Source of the DNA: Chrysochromulina tobinii
Taxonomy: Eukaryota
Direction of reading: 5' to 3'
Length of the DNA stretch: 46,003 bases
NCBI GenBank assembly: GCA_001275005.1
Contig: JWZX01003329.1
Span: 1 to 46,003 of the forward strand
The translations under genes were made by a program, and so were the position numbers. Numbering within the stretch: position 1 is the first letter of the stretch; each line of letters opens with the position of its first letter. Positions 10,466-20,337 of the stretch are shown here, one piece after another. The notes below the pieces were generated by a model, which made no database searches, was not told the origin of the DNA, and worked only from the letters and a program-made list of their open reading frames with translations.

Positions 10466-11995
10466 ATGAGCGACGACATCGATAAGCACGTGTCGCGCCG
10501 GTTCGAGGTACAGCAGAAGCTGGGGAAGGGGGCATACGGCATTGTGTGGAAGGCGCTGGAGAAGAAGACCAAGGAGCAGGTCGCGCTCAAGAAGGTCTTC
10601 GACGCCTTCCAGAATTCGACGGACGCGCAGCGCACCTACCGCGAGGTCGTCTACCTGCTCCAAATGGACCACGAAAACATTATCAAACTGAACAGCGTCA
10701 TCAAAGCCGACAACGATAAGGATCTCTACCTTGTCTTCGAGTACATGGAGACAGACCTGCACGCGACCATCCGGGCCAATATCCTGGAAGAGATCCATAA
10801 GCAGTACATCATGTACCAGGCGTTCAAGGCGCTCGCCTACATGCACTCCGCCTCGCTGATACATCGAGACATGAAGCCGGCCAACCTACTGCTCAACTCG
10901 GAGTGTTTGATGAAGGTGGCCGACTTTGGGCTTGCGCGCTCTCTCAATTCGATGCTCTCCTCGGAAGATCGAATGGATACGATGACGGACTATGTGGCGA
11001 CGCGCTGGTACCGCGCGCCCGAGATCCTCGTGGGTTCGACGCAGTACGGCGCCAAGGCCGACTTGTGGTCATTGGGCTGCATCTTCGGCGAGATGATCAA
11101 TGCGAAGCCTGTGTTTGGTGGCACCTCGACGCTCAACCAGCTCGAGGTGATCTCCGAGCTGTTGGGTCATCCGTCGCCGGAGCAGGTGGCGTCGCTCAAG
11201 TCGACCTTTGCCACGACCATGTACGAGAACGTCAGCGGCAGCGGCAGTGAATCTGGCAGTGAAGGAGGGATCGCAGCCTTGCCCGAAAAGGAACGCAAGG
11301 CGAGATTCGTCACCAAGTTCCCTACGGTACGCCCGCGACGACGCCCGCTCACACGCACAGGCACGGAGCGGTGCCGCCTCAGAGCAGCGCCCGCCGCCTC
11401 GCACCCTCCGTGCCCCGCCGCACCGCCCGCCGCACCGCCTGGGACGACGCCAGCCGTGGCGACTACTCACGCTTACCGCTGCCTCGCTGCCCGCTGCCGC
11501 CGCTGCCCCCACTGCCGCGATCGCTTCGCTGCCTCGGCCATGGTAGCCGGCACAGTTCCCGCCTCCAAGACGGTCCCAACTGCTGGCGGCCCCGCTGCCA
11601 CGGCTGGCGCCGTTGCGAGCGCTTCGTCCTTCCCCCCTATCCTGTCGTGCATCTCGCGAGCTTTGTGCTCTGACCATGCGCGCACGCTCTCTCCTCCCCC
11701 ACACACGCAGGCGTCGCCGGACGCGATTGATCTGCTGATGAGCTCCTTAATGTACGATCCGGAGAAGCGGATCAGTCCAGAGGAGGGGATGGTACACCCG
11801 TACTGCGTCCAGTTCCACGACACGGAGAGCGTCGCAACGGCTGACAAGCACGTCGAGTCGACGCCGAGCGCCGCGGTGCCTTCATTCCAGGTGACGGAGA
11901 ACTACATGACGGAGGTGAACGACAACAAGAAGCTCGAGACCAAAATGTACCGCACCATGTTGCACCAGATCTGCGACGCGATGCCCAAAAGATGA
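10466..11995 (+). CDS. MAPK15: Mitogen-activated protein kinase, ERK7/MAPK15 type; one intron 11327-11710
   Basis: GKGAYGIVWKA, VALKKVFDAFQNSTDAQRTYRE, HRDMKPAN, DFG and TDYVATRWYRAPE. ACG|GTACGC...CGCAG|GCG removes a non-kinase insert and restores FPT|ASPDAIDLL. Confidence 0.92.
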   Translation: MSDDIDKHVSRRFEVQQKLGKGAYGIVWKALEKKTKEQVALKKVFDAFQNSTDAQRTYREVVYLLQMDHENIIKLNSVIKADNDKDLYLVFEYMETDLHATIRANILEEIHKQYIMYQAFKALAYMHSASLIHRDMKPANLLLNSECLMKVADFGLARSLNSMLSSEDRMDTMTDYVATRWYRAPEILVGSTQYGAKADLWSLGCIFGEMINAKPVFGGTSTLNQLEVISELLGHPSPEQVASLKSTFATTMYENVSGSGSESGSEGGIAALPEKERKARFVTKFPTVRPRRRPLTRTGTERCRLRAAPAASHPPCPAAPPAAPPGTTPAVATTHAYRCLAARCRRCPHCRDRFAASAMVAGTVPASKTVPTAGGPAATAGAVASASSFPPILSCISRALCSDHARTLSPPPHTQASPDAIDLLMSSLMYDPEKRISPEEGMVHPYCVQFHDTESVATADKHVESTPSAAVPSFQVTENYMTEVNDNKKLETKMYRTMLHQICDAMPKR

Positions 11996-12562
11996 GCCGA
12001 GCGTAGCGACTGGTGTTGTAACGACTGGTGTAACGACTGGTGCGGGCGCGCCTGCGGCATGGACGGTGAGTCCGGGACTGCCGACAGTCGCTCCGCGGGG
12101 CTCCCCTTGCCGTGTATGTGTCTTCTGGTCAGTCGTGGAGGACGCGGCGACGCGCGCGTTCGCGCGTACTGTCGCCGATTTGCGACTAGACCTGGCTCAG
12201 AGCCCATATTGGCGTGTGACAAACTCATTCATGGAGACACTGCTCTCTTGATCGATTCGGAGCGGTTTTGGGGACCTTTCCAGCGCGTGCTTCCTTCAAA
12301 GTTCAAACATATCGCTCGAAGAGCGCAACACGACGCTTGCGCGACGAAACTGACGCTTCTGGTGAGCGTCACGTGAGAGAGTCAAATGTCACGACCTTCT
12401 CTCGTCTCTGCCATCCACGTGCCGTCGGGTGTGGAGCCCTTTGGACTACGACGCGAGTGCGGCACTGCGCCTGGAGGCGCCACCCGACCGAGTCGGCCAC
12501 TGCGGCACGCTGCCGGCGGCAGCCTGGCTGCAGAGAGGCAAAAAGAGGTTCAGGCGCTGCTG

Positions 12563-15232
12563 ATGGACGAGACGTGGTTCGCCGACGTTGACGCGCCGCT
12601 CGACGACGGTCTCGGCTTCGACGACTGCCCGTCGCCCACACTCTTCCTAAATGACCACCCCGCTGGCTTTGGTGACGCCGTCGATTCGGACGAGGCGGAC
12701 GCGGCGGCGGGCGGCGCGGCAGGGGACGCGGCGGCCGCGTCCAGTGGCGAGGCGCGGGCGGGCGCCGGGCAGAGGTTCGCGGTGAACGGCGACTCCACCC
12801 CCCGCGGACACGGAGGCCTAAGCCGCACTCGCATCGAGGGCCGCATGAACCTCTCACCTCGTGAATCCTTCGAGCGCGGCGGCAAGAAGAAGGCGAGCAG
12901 GTCGCAGAATGGGAACGCCTCGCAAGACGTGCCCGATGCGCTCAAGGGCTTGCTCAACTCGAAGGACCTCGAGGATCGGCTCGCGTCGGCCCAGGCGCAC
13001 CTGAGGCTGATGATCCCCTCTCCCAACGTGAGCTCGCTTGAGCTCGAGAGGCCCCCCTCCCGCCAGCGCAACCTGCCGATGCATCTGAACTCGGACCTGT
13101 CACTCGAGCTGCCCTCGCACGTCGGGCTCCTCTCTCCCGACGTGGAGCGCAAGTGGGCGCACTACGCGTCCACTCCACGTCCCCAGTCCCGCCACAAGTC
13201 ACCGCCCGATGCCGTGTTCCTCGACCTGCCGCCAGAGCCGCTGCAGGGGGACCGCGACCCGCAGCCGCTGGCCCCTGACCAGTACATCGAGCACGACGTT
13301 GACGACCTCTCGTACAACGAGCAGGCGGCAGCAGCTTTCATGTTCGCCGTGCCTGGCGAGGGTGGAGGCGCGGACTGCGGCGCGGGCGCGGCCTTTTCCG
13401 TCGCGGCAGCGGCGGCAGCGCGTGAAGGGGCGATGATGCCGCCCCCGCCGCAACTCCTCTCGACGCCCTACGTCATAGCCCAGTCGAGCGCCTCGACCAA
13501 CGCGCCCATCCCGGCGCGTGTCGCCTCCCGGGTCACTGTGATCAACCCCCCCGGCGGCACACAGCCCGTCATTGGCCCACAACCCGTCATCATCGCTTGT
13601 TGCGCGGGCGCCGCTGCGGGCAGCAGCGGCCCTGGGCTCGCAAGTGGTGGCATGGTCGGACCGAGCGCCAGCAGTGGCGCGGTGCCGGTCGACCTGACCG
13701 GCGCAACACCGCGCGTTGGCGCCGTCCTGTCCATGTCGCCACCAGCCGTGGGGGGGGGCACACAAGCCCTTTCGTACCAAGCTAAGGTGCACCAACGTAC
13801 GGCGCAGTACGGGTTCGTCGATCGCGCCTCCCTCCTTGCCGCCGCAGCCTTCCCCCACGGCGGCGCAGATGCCCTCGAGGGCGACTTCGAGCGACTCGAG
13901 ATGATGGAACCGAACATTTCCGTCGCGGCGAGCTGGAGCGGCGGCGGGACAGGCGCCGTAGCGAGCGCGAGCCTGCGCGGTGCGAGCGGTGCGCGGAGTG
14001 GGGAGCAGGCACTCGGCGGCGGCGGCGAGGGCCCGCCGAAGGTCGCGAGCCTACAGAGCTGGATGGAGCGACGGGCTGCCTCGCGCCCCGACTCGCCCTC
14101 AGTCCTCTCACGCCCTCAGTCAGGCCAGTTTCGGGCGTGCTCGTTGGCGGGGTCCCCCCGGTCGAGCGCTGCACCACCCACAAGACAGTTGCGCGGCAGC
14201 TGCGCGCAGACGACCCCGAGCCTCGCGGCCCCGGCGGCGGCGGCAAACGGCTCGCGCTCGAACACCTCCTGCTCGTCCCATGCACATGCTCGCGCCCATC
14301 AGCAGCAGATGGAGGCGGTTTCGCGCGCGGCCACCGCGGCCTCCACCTCCTTCGACGGCAACGGCACGGCGAGCGTCGTACCGAGCGCGATGCGTCCGTC
14401 GCCGTCGTACGGCCGTTACGCTGACGGCGCCGCCGGCGGGCCGAGCGCCCCCGCACCTTCCATGCCTAGCGCCATGGCGAGCGCTGCGCAGGCGCCGCCC
14501 GGCACGACGCGCACCCTCTCGGGAGTGCCTGGGTTGACGGGAGGTGGCGGCGCGGCGGCGGCGGCCGAGCGCATGGAGGTGCTCAGCTCGAGCGGCTCCC
14601 GACCGTCCACCTCGGAGTCGGACGCGTCGGCCCGCGGCCCACGCCCTGCGCATGCTAAGGATGCTAAGGATGTGGCGCGCGTGCAGAAGCTCGATAAGCT
14701 CTCCGCCATGTACGGCGGCGCGGACGGCGCACACGCCACGCACACAGGCGCACACGCCACGCACACAGGCGCACACGCCACGCACGCCGCCCACGCCGCC
14801 CGCGGCGGCGCTGGCGCCACTCCGGCGACGGGTAGCGAGGGGCGCACCTCGGGTCGTCCAAAGGCCGGCTCGGCGGGCGCCGAGCGCCATGTCGGCAGCT
14901 GCTACGGTGGCACGGCCAACGCCTATGGCGCTTCGTCAATGGCCGCCGAGCTCCGCCGCTCGGTTGGCCGCCCTTCCTGCCGCAACGGGTGCTCCACAGC
15001 CCCCACGACGGTGGGCGCCAACCCCCGGGTCGCGCAGCGCGAGGCCGCCGCGGCGGCGCTCGCTGCCTCACAAGCGGCGGGCGGCGGCGGCCCGCCCGAG
15101 CCCGGGTCCGATCGAAAATACGACGAGCGCGCCGGCCTGGGCGCCACCCGGTACGCCGGCCGTGGATTGGTCTCGCCGCTGCCCTTCGAGTCGTCGCTCG
15201 CACCCGACTTTCTGGCGCTCTTCTCGCAATGA
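12563..15232 (+). CDS. Hypothetical low-complexity/disordered protein (~890 aa; ORF open from 12386)
   Basis: Long ORF with coding-like codon usage, an acidic N-terminus, HATHTGA repeats and the C-terminus LAPDFLALFSQ. No recognisable domain. Confidence 0.7.
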   Translation: MDETWFADVDAPLDDGLGFDDCPSPTLFLNDHPAGFGDAVDSDEADAAAGGAAGDAAAASSGEARAGAGQRFAVNGDSTPRGHGGLSRTRIEGRMNLSPRESFERGGKKKASRSQNGNASQDVPDALKGLLNSKDLEDRLASAQAHLRLMIPSPNVSSLELERPPSRQRNLPMHLNSDLSLELPSHVGLLSPDVERKWAHYASTPRPQSRHKSPPDAVFLDLPPEPLQGDRDPQPLAPDQYIEHDVDDLSYNEQAAAAFMFAVPGEGGGADCGAGAAFSVAAAAAAREGAMMPPPPQLLSTPYVIAQSSASTNAPIPARVASRVTVINPPGGTQPVIGPQPVIIACCAGAAAGSSGPGLASGGMVGPSASSGAVPVDLTGATPRVGAVLSMSPPAVGGGTQALSYQAKVHQRTAQYGFVDRASLLAAAAFPHGGADALEGDFERLEMMEPNISVAASWSGGGTGAVASASLRGASGARSGEQALGGGGEGPPKVASLQSWMERRAASRPDSPSVLSRPQSGQFRACSLAGSPRSSAAPPTRQLRGSCAQTTPSLAAPAAAANGSRSNTSCSSHAHARAHQQQMEAVSRAATAASTSFDGNGTASVVPSAMRPSPSYGRYADGAAGGPSAPAPSMPSAMASAAQAPPGTTRTLSGVPGLTGGGGAAAAAERMEVLSSSGSRPSTSESDASARGPRPAHAKDAKDVARVQKLDKLSAMYGGADGAHATHTGAHATHTGAHATHAAHAARGGAGATPATGSEGRTSGRPKAGSAGAERHVGSCYGGTANAYGASSMAAELRRSVGRPSCRNGCSTAPTTVGANPRVAQREAAAAALAASQAAGGGGPPEPGSDRKYDERAGLGATRYAGRGLVSPLPFESSLAPDFLALFSQ

Positions 15233-16058
15233 GGCGTGCCACGAGCCGCCCGAGAGAACCCCACAGGCTGAGCCGAGGAGGGCGCGCCTTCGTGGGCGCG
15301 CCTTCGTGGGCGCCGGCGAGGAGCCGACTCGCTCCGGTGAGCTGTGGCTGCACGTGCAGATGATGGGGCGAGCGTGGTCTCGTGCGTGGCTCGGGATGGT
15401 GACTTGTCAACGGCGAGAGCTCCCTTGTTGAGAGCCACCTTCGATGCAAAGAAACCATGAAAAGACAGGGGAGAAGGCGCGGCTCGTCAACGTCTATCGG
15501 ACGAGAGCGACTCCCAGGATACTATGCTGCATGCAGATGAAGAAGGCGCAGTTCGTCAGTCTGACGAGAGCGACTTCCAGGAAACCAAGTGCAGAAGAAG
15601 GCGCAGCTCGTCCATTGGATGGATGAGAGCGACTTTCAGGCGAACTCGTGGCTCGCGGGATATGCATATTTGTAGTTTCCGATATATAATAAGACCGGAT
15701 ATATTTCTCGATTCTGTACGTGTGCAACAGCCACGACCGAGCAAGCACCCGCCAAACTAATGATTCTTTCGTTTTTAACGGGTGCGCTGGACGCGATTCA
15801 AATACGCCTAGTCTCCGAACGCGTACGCTTGTCCGAAAAGGTGCGAACCCGTGTGCGTGGGCCCCGGGCAAACGTGGTCAGCTCCGTGTCGCGCTGTCCT
15901 CGGCCACTCGTGAGTGGACGATTTCGCCCCCGCACACAGGAGCGTGGAGCGCTTTGCGGTCAGGGAACGCTGCGCCCGTGACCGCTGCCGGAGCCACTCG
16001 ATCACGGTGCGGAATGCACTCTGCAGCACCGCATCGGCCACCGTCCCGCTACATCATC

Positions 16059-16814
16059 TCATCCTTGCCAGACCTCCTCCTCCACCTCCTCTGAGGGCGC
16101 GGACGTGAAGCAGTGCACGTCCGCCCGCTCGCTGCGGCCGCGACCGTGGCCCGCGTCGCGCTCGCCATGGCGCTCGTCATGGCGCTCGCTGCGCTCGTGA
16201 GTGGCTGGGTGCGAGCTGTGGTAGGTGCCGGCCGAGTGCGCGTGCGCTGGAAGGGACAACTTGCCGTACTTGCCGTAGGGCTCGCCGTAGGGCTTGCTGT
16301 ACGGCTCGTGAAAAGTGTCCTCCCGCGGGTGCCACTCGTCGTGCTGTGAGCGCCACCCGTTGTGCTGATGCTGCTGCTCGCATCCGTGGTGCAGGCCGGG
16401 GACGGTTTGATGGCGCTGTGGAGGAGGCGGTGCATCGGCCTCATCTCGGACGCGCTTCTGCTTGCTCCTTTCGCCTTGGTCTGGCAGGGCCGTGGCGAAA
16501 CCATCATCATCGGAAGTCTGCCACGAGTGCTGCGGATGCTGTGGCCGCCGCGGCGGCGGCGGTTGCTGCCAACGGCGATTCTCATCGCCGCTGACATGGG
16601 CCATTGCGTGTGCTGATTGGTGGGCTTCGCCACGAGCAGCATTCAAGTCCTGCACAACCCGCCGAACGTCCTTCGCGGCGCCGGTGGCGTACACACGGAT
16701 CAGGCTCTGCTTGGTGTTGCAAAGTATGCACGACCATTTTGGAGACTTGCCCTCGAGGTGGACTTGGAACGCTCCGCACTCTGCGCAGCGCAGCGCGCGG
16801 AAGGTTTGCGGCAT
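16059..16814 (-). CDS. MRNIP: MRN complex-interacting protein (MRNIP/C5orf45-like zinc ribbon N-terminus)
   Basis: MPQTFRALRCAECGAFQVHLEGKSPKWSCILCNTKQSLIRVYATGAAKDVRRVVQDLNAARG matches the MRNIP N-terminal CxxC...W-CxxC...QS pattern. Confidence 0.85.
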   Translation of the reverse strand: MPQTFRALRCAECGAFQVHLEGKSPKWSCILCNTKQSLIRVYATGAAKDVRRVVQDLNAARGEAHQSAHAMAHVSGDENRRWQQPPPPRRPQHPQHSWQTSDDDGFATALPDQGERSKQKRVRDEADAPPPPQRHQTVPGLHHGCEQQHQHNGWRSQHDEWHPREDTFHEPYSKPYGEPYGKYGKLSLPAHAHSAGTYHSSHPATHERSERHDERHGERDAGHGRGRSERADVHCFTSAPSEEVEEEVWQG

Positions 16815-17021
16815 CACACGGACACCAAGTCCTGTGCCGGTGTCAGCGCCGATGTCAGAGAGCACACCGGTGTCGCGAGCGCTAGTCTCTCGGTTTTGGG
16901 GAATCGATCCACACACCAAAACGTACAACGTTTGGGAACACATCGCACCCTTCACGTCGACGTTCACGCTCTTTCATCTCGCGCTTCTCTAAAGCCCGCC
17001 GCCGCTGCCGACATCTTTCGA

Positions 17022-17963
17022 ATGGCGACGGCCCCGACGGCGGTCCCAACGCTGGGTGGTCGTGACCTGTACAACGCCTTGTATGCCGGGGGCTACCACA
17101 GCAACCTAGGCTTCTCGCACGCTGAGTTTGTCATGTACGAAGCCAGCGAGATGGCTGCCTGGTACAACTTCTCAACCGTCCTCGACGTTGGCTGCTCACA
17201 TGGCTTGGGCGTCAAATGGCTGTGGGAGCACGGCGGGCTAACTGCATCTGGGGTCGACGTGTCCGACGTTGCCGTTGCTCAGGCACGAAGAGCCCGGCTC
17301 AACTGCCCGCAGAAGGCTACGAGTGAAGAGCAGTGCCCAGTGCGTGCGTCCGACGCGCTCAACACCTACAGGTTGGCCCGAAAGATGATTCGGAGGAATG
17401 CAACCACCAGGCCGCCGTGGCCACTGCCACACGGCCGACCGCGATGCATCCCCCCTTGCTTTTCCGCCGCATCCGTGCTGGCGCTGCCGCGTCCGGATCG
17501 CTCCTTCGACGCTGTCCTGTCTTCGGATGTCCTGGAGCATCTGTCTCCCGAGGAGGTGCAGCCGGCCATCGCGGAGCTCGCTCGGGTCGCTCGTTCGTTC
17601 CTCTTCCTCAAAATCTCGAATCGTCGCGACCAAGCGGGCCCCGACCTGCCACGGCTGGCCGCCGAAAAGGGCCCGAGCGTCAAGGTACCCGACACGCTGC
17701 ACCTTTCCGTGAAGCCACCCAACTTTTGGATCGAGGGCTTCGCTCAGGCGGGCTTCGTGCTGCACCACACGCTCGAGGACGAGCGCCAGTACGAATGGCT
17801 CAAGTACAGGGCCGCGCATATGTGTTGCTCCTTCGTCTTCATCCGCCAGGGCTTGCCGCTCCTGCCGCCCGCTTTGGACAACAAGCGGCTCGAGCACCTT
17901 CGCAGCAGCTGGTGGCCAGCAGGCGCTGCTCCTCATATCTTCGAGCCTCACATCGTGCCATGA
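17022..17963 (+). CDS. Class I SAM-dependent methyltransferase
   Basis: Motif I VLDVGCSHG, GVDVS, and FDAVLSSDVLEHL...ELARV. Confidence 0.85.
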   Translation: MATAPTAVPTLGGRDLYNALYAGGYHSNLGFSHAEFVMYEASEMAAWYNFSTVLDVGCSHGLGVKWLWEHGGLTASGVDVSDVAVAQARRARLNCPQKATSEEQCPVRASDALNTYRLARKMIRRNATTRPPWPLPHGRPRCIPPCFSAASVLALPRPDRSFDAVLSSDVLEHLSPEEVQPAIAELARVARSFLFLKISNRRDQAGPDLPRLAAEKGPSVKVPDTLHLSVKPPNFWIEGFAQAGFVLHHTLEDERQYEWLKYRAAHMCCSFVFIRQGLPLLPPALDNKRLEHLRSSWWPAGAAPHIFEPHIVP

Positions 17964-18238
17964 GGAATGCGAGAGCCCGATCGGCACCTCTGCGGCACAC
18001 TCACAGCACACGCCGGACACGCGGACAGCAGGCCTGCCAGTTTTCAACGGCTTGAACTTGATATAAACTTGGTTGACAAATGAACTTGTGTGACGTTACG
18101 CGAATGTGCGCGCGCTACACGCGGCGCGCACATGGCCTCCGTCCAGATTCCAGACAGTTCCAGATTGACATTTTTGGTTTGAGTCGTGCAATCCACTGCA
18201 ACGGCCTTGCCATTCCAGTCGTCTTTAGGTACGCGGGC

Positions 18239-19957
18239 ATGCCGATCATGTACAACTCGCCGAATGTGGCTCGTCCGCAACCCAAAGGTAAGCAAACCAT
18301 CGGCGACCTCTGCAAGGACTTCATCGCCATGATCGCCAAAGAGAAGGTCGCAGAGGAAGCGGCCACGACGGAGGCAAACGCACTGGCCGTGCTAGCAGCC
18401 AAAGAGATGAATGCGACCAACGGACTCGCGACATCCACCTTTCTGGTGTGCGCTCGCATGCGCCCTGCCTTCGAGACCGAGCTAGCTGAAGGTGGCGAGA
18501 ACTTTGAGTGCGTGCTCAAGACGACTTGCACTGAGGAGGGCGCTGAAGAGGCCACCGTGCTTCTGCCCAAGATCTCTCTCACCGGCATTCCGAAGATTGA
18601 GCGCAGCAGCTTCCTCTTCGACCACACCTTCGGGCCAGGTGCGACGAATGACGACATCTTCGCCGCGCTCGGCCGGCCTCTCGTCGCGAAGACGTTTGCT
18701 GGAGAGGTCGGCGTCATCTTTGCGTACGGACAGACTGGGAGCGGCAAGACCTTCACGATGTCTGCCATAATGGACCGCGTGGTCACCGAGCTCTTTCCGT
18801 CCGATGGTACTGCCCCGCGTGCTGTGCGCTTCTCGTACCTCGAGGTCCTCGGTTCGTCCGTCCATGACTGTCTGGACGCCTCGAAACTGGCCGATGTCCA
18901 GATCGGCGAGGCTTTAGACGGGCGTGTCCTCACACGCAACCTCTCCTCGCACGACGTCGACTCGGCTGCGGCCCTCGAGAGGCTCATCGAGGTGGCCAAG
19001 TCGCGTCGCGCGACGGCGCCGACCGAGCGCAACGCCACCAGCAGCCGCTCCCACGGAGTCGGCATCCTGACGGTGGCACAGCCCGGCTTCGCCATCGACG
19101 ACGTCGAGGCGCCGCGGGCGGGCGTCCTGATGGTCATCGACCTCGCGGGCTCGGAGCGCGCAGCCGATTCCATGGGGCACGACAAGAAGCGCATGGACGA
19201 GACGAAGGCCGTCAACCTCTCGCTGATGGCCCTGAAAGACTGCATCCGGGCTCGCACTCTGGCCTCCATTGCGGCCGCTGGAGAGAAGGTCTTCGTGCCG
19301 TACCGCCGCACCAAGCTGACGTTGCTGATGAAGGATGTGTTCGACATCTCGTGCTCCCGATTGTGCTCCACGGTCGTTCTCTCGTGCGTCTCGCCCCTCG
19401 CCAAGGATGCTCCCCACACGCTCAACACCCTCGGCTACGCCGCGCCCCTCCGAGTGGCGGTACGTACCGCCCCGGCTGGTCCGATGGAGAGAGACGAGAG
19501 GGACCCTGCGCTCTGGGCCCATGAGAAGGCCGTCACGTGGCTGGCGGCCACCGCCAAAGCGCCGATGCACGATGCCGTGGACGTCTCTGACGGAGATGGC
19601 TACGTCGGGCTTGCCGGGTTTGATGCCGAGGCCGTGATACCGGGCATGTCGGGCCTTGAGCTGTGCCGGATGGCAGAGGCTGAGCTGCACCTTCGCATCA
19701 AGAAACAAGTCCCAGGCAAGGAGGGCGCGGCGCTCGGCGCCCGTGTTCATGCGGCGCTCTGGATGCTCATCTGCGACGCCAAGACGCGCCGCCGCCGCCC
19801 GAACGGCAACCTGGTCACGGAGGAAGAGGAGGCCGAGGAGGCGAGAAAGACGGAGGAGGCGGCTGCCAAGAAGAACGCTCTGTGGAAGGAGCGTGAGGCG
19901 TCGCTGGCAGCCGGCTCGACGCTCGACGCCGCCGCATCGATGGCTTCGCGCATGTGA
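18239..19957 (+). CDS. Kinesin motor, kinesin-13/diatom spindle kinesin (DSK1)-like
   Basis: FLFDHTF, P-loop FAYGQTGSGKT, switch I NATSSRSH, switch II IDLAGSE, VNLSLMALKDCIRAR, VPYRRTKLTLLMKD. The start codon is uncertain (ORF open from 18080). Confidence 0.9.
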   Translation: MPIMYNSPNVARPQPKGKQTIGDLCKDFIAMIAKEKVAEEAATTEANALAVLAAKEMNATNGLATSTFLVCARMRPAFETELAEGGENFECVLKTTCTEEGAEEATVLLPKISLTGIPKIERSSFLFDHTFGPGATNDDIFAALGRPLVAKTFAGEVGVIFAYGQTGSGKTFTMSAIMDRVVTELFPSDGTAPRAVRFSYLEVLGSSVHDCLDASKLADVQIGEALDGRVLTRNLSSHDVDSAAALERLIEVAKSRRATAPTERNATSSRSHGVGILTVAQPGFAIDDVEAPRAGVLMVIDLAGSERAADSMGHDKKRMDETKAVNLSLMALKDCIRARTLASIAAAGEKVFVPYRRTKLTLLMKDVFDISCSRLCSTVVLSCVSPLAKDAPHTLNTLGYAAPLRVAVRTAPAGPMERDERDPALWAHEKAVTWLAATAKAPMHDAVDVSDGDGYVGLAGFDAEAVIPGMSGLELCRMAEAELHLRIKKQVPGKEGAALGARVHAALWMLICDAKTRRRRPNGNLVTEEEEAEEARKTEEAAAKKNALWKEREASLAAGSTLDAAASMASRM

Positions 19958-20337
19958 GGCCCACGATGTGCGCGGCCTGGTGCGCGGCAACGCAGTCCCA
20001 TGCTCGTTCAGGTTCGTTACGGGCGAGGAATCTTGTGGACTCTTGTCAGGGAGCGGTGCAGAAATCGGCCCGAACTGCGTGATATCAGCCCTGCTCCCTC
20101 CATGGGACAGAGAGCTACAGTACAGTACAGTGGTGGCGAGGCGTCATACAGTCAACACACAGTGCCTTCTGTACTAAGGGTCTGTTGTTCGAATGAGAGT
20201 ACTCGCCTTGAAACCTTTCACATAAAGTACTCGAGCTGACGAGCCCTGTCGTCGCACCGGGGTGTGGGTGTGAAACCATTCACGACACCATTCCTTCCGT
20301 TCACGGCAATTGGCCGCTTTCGAGGGGTCGAGCGTAC

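Noticed and set aside
18115..19428. 437-aa minus-strand ORF
   Set aside because: Antisense shadow of the kinesin gene; no independent motifs.
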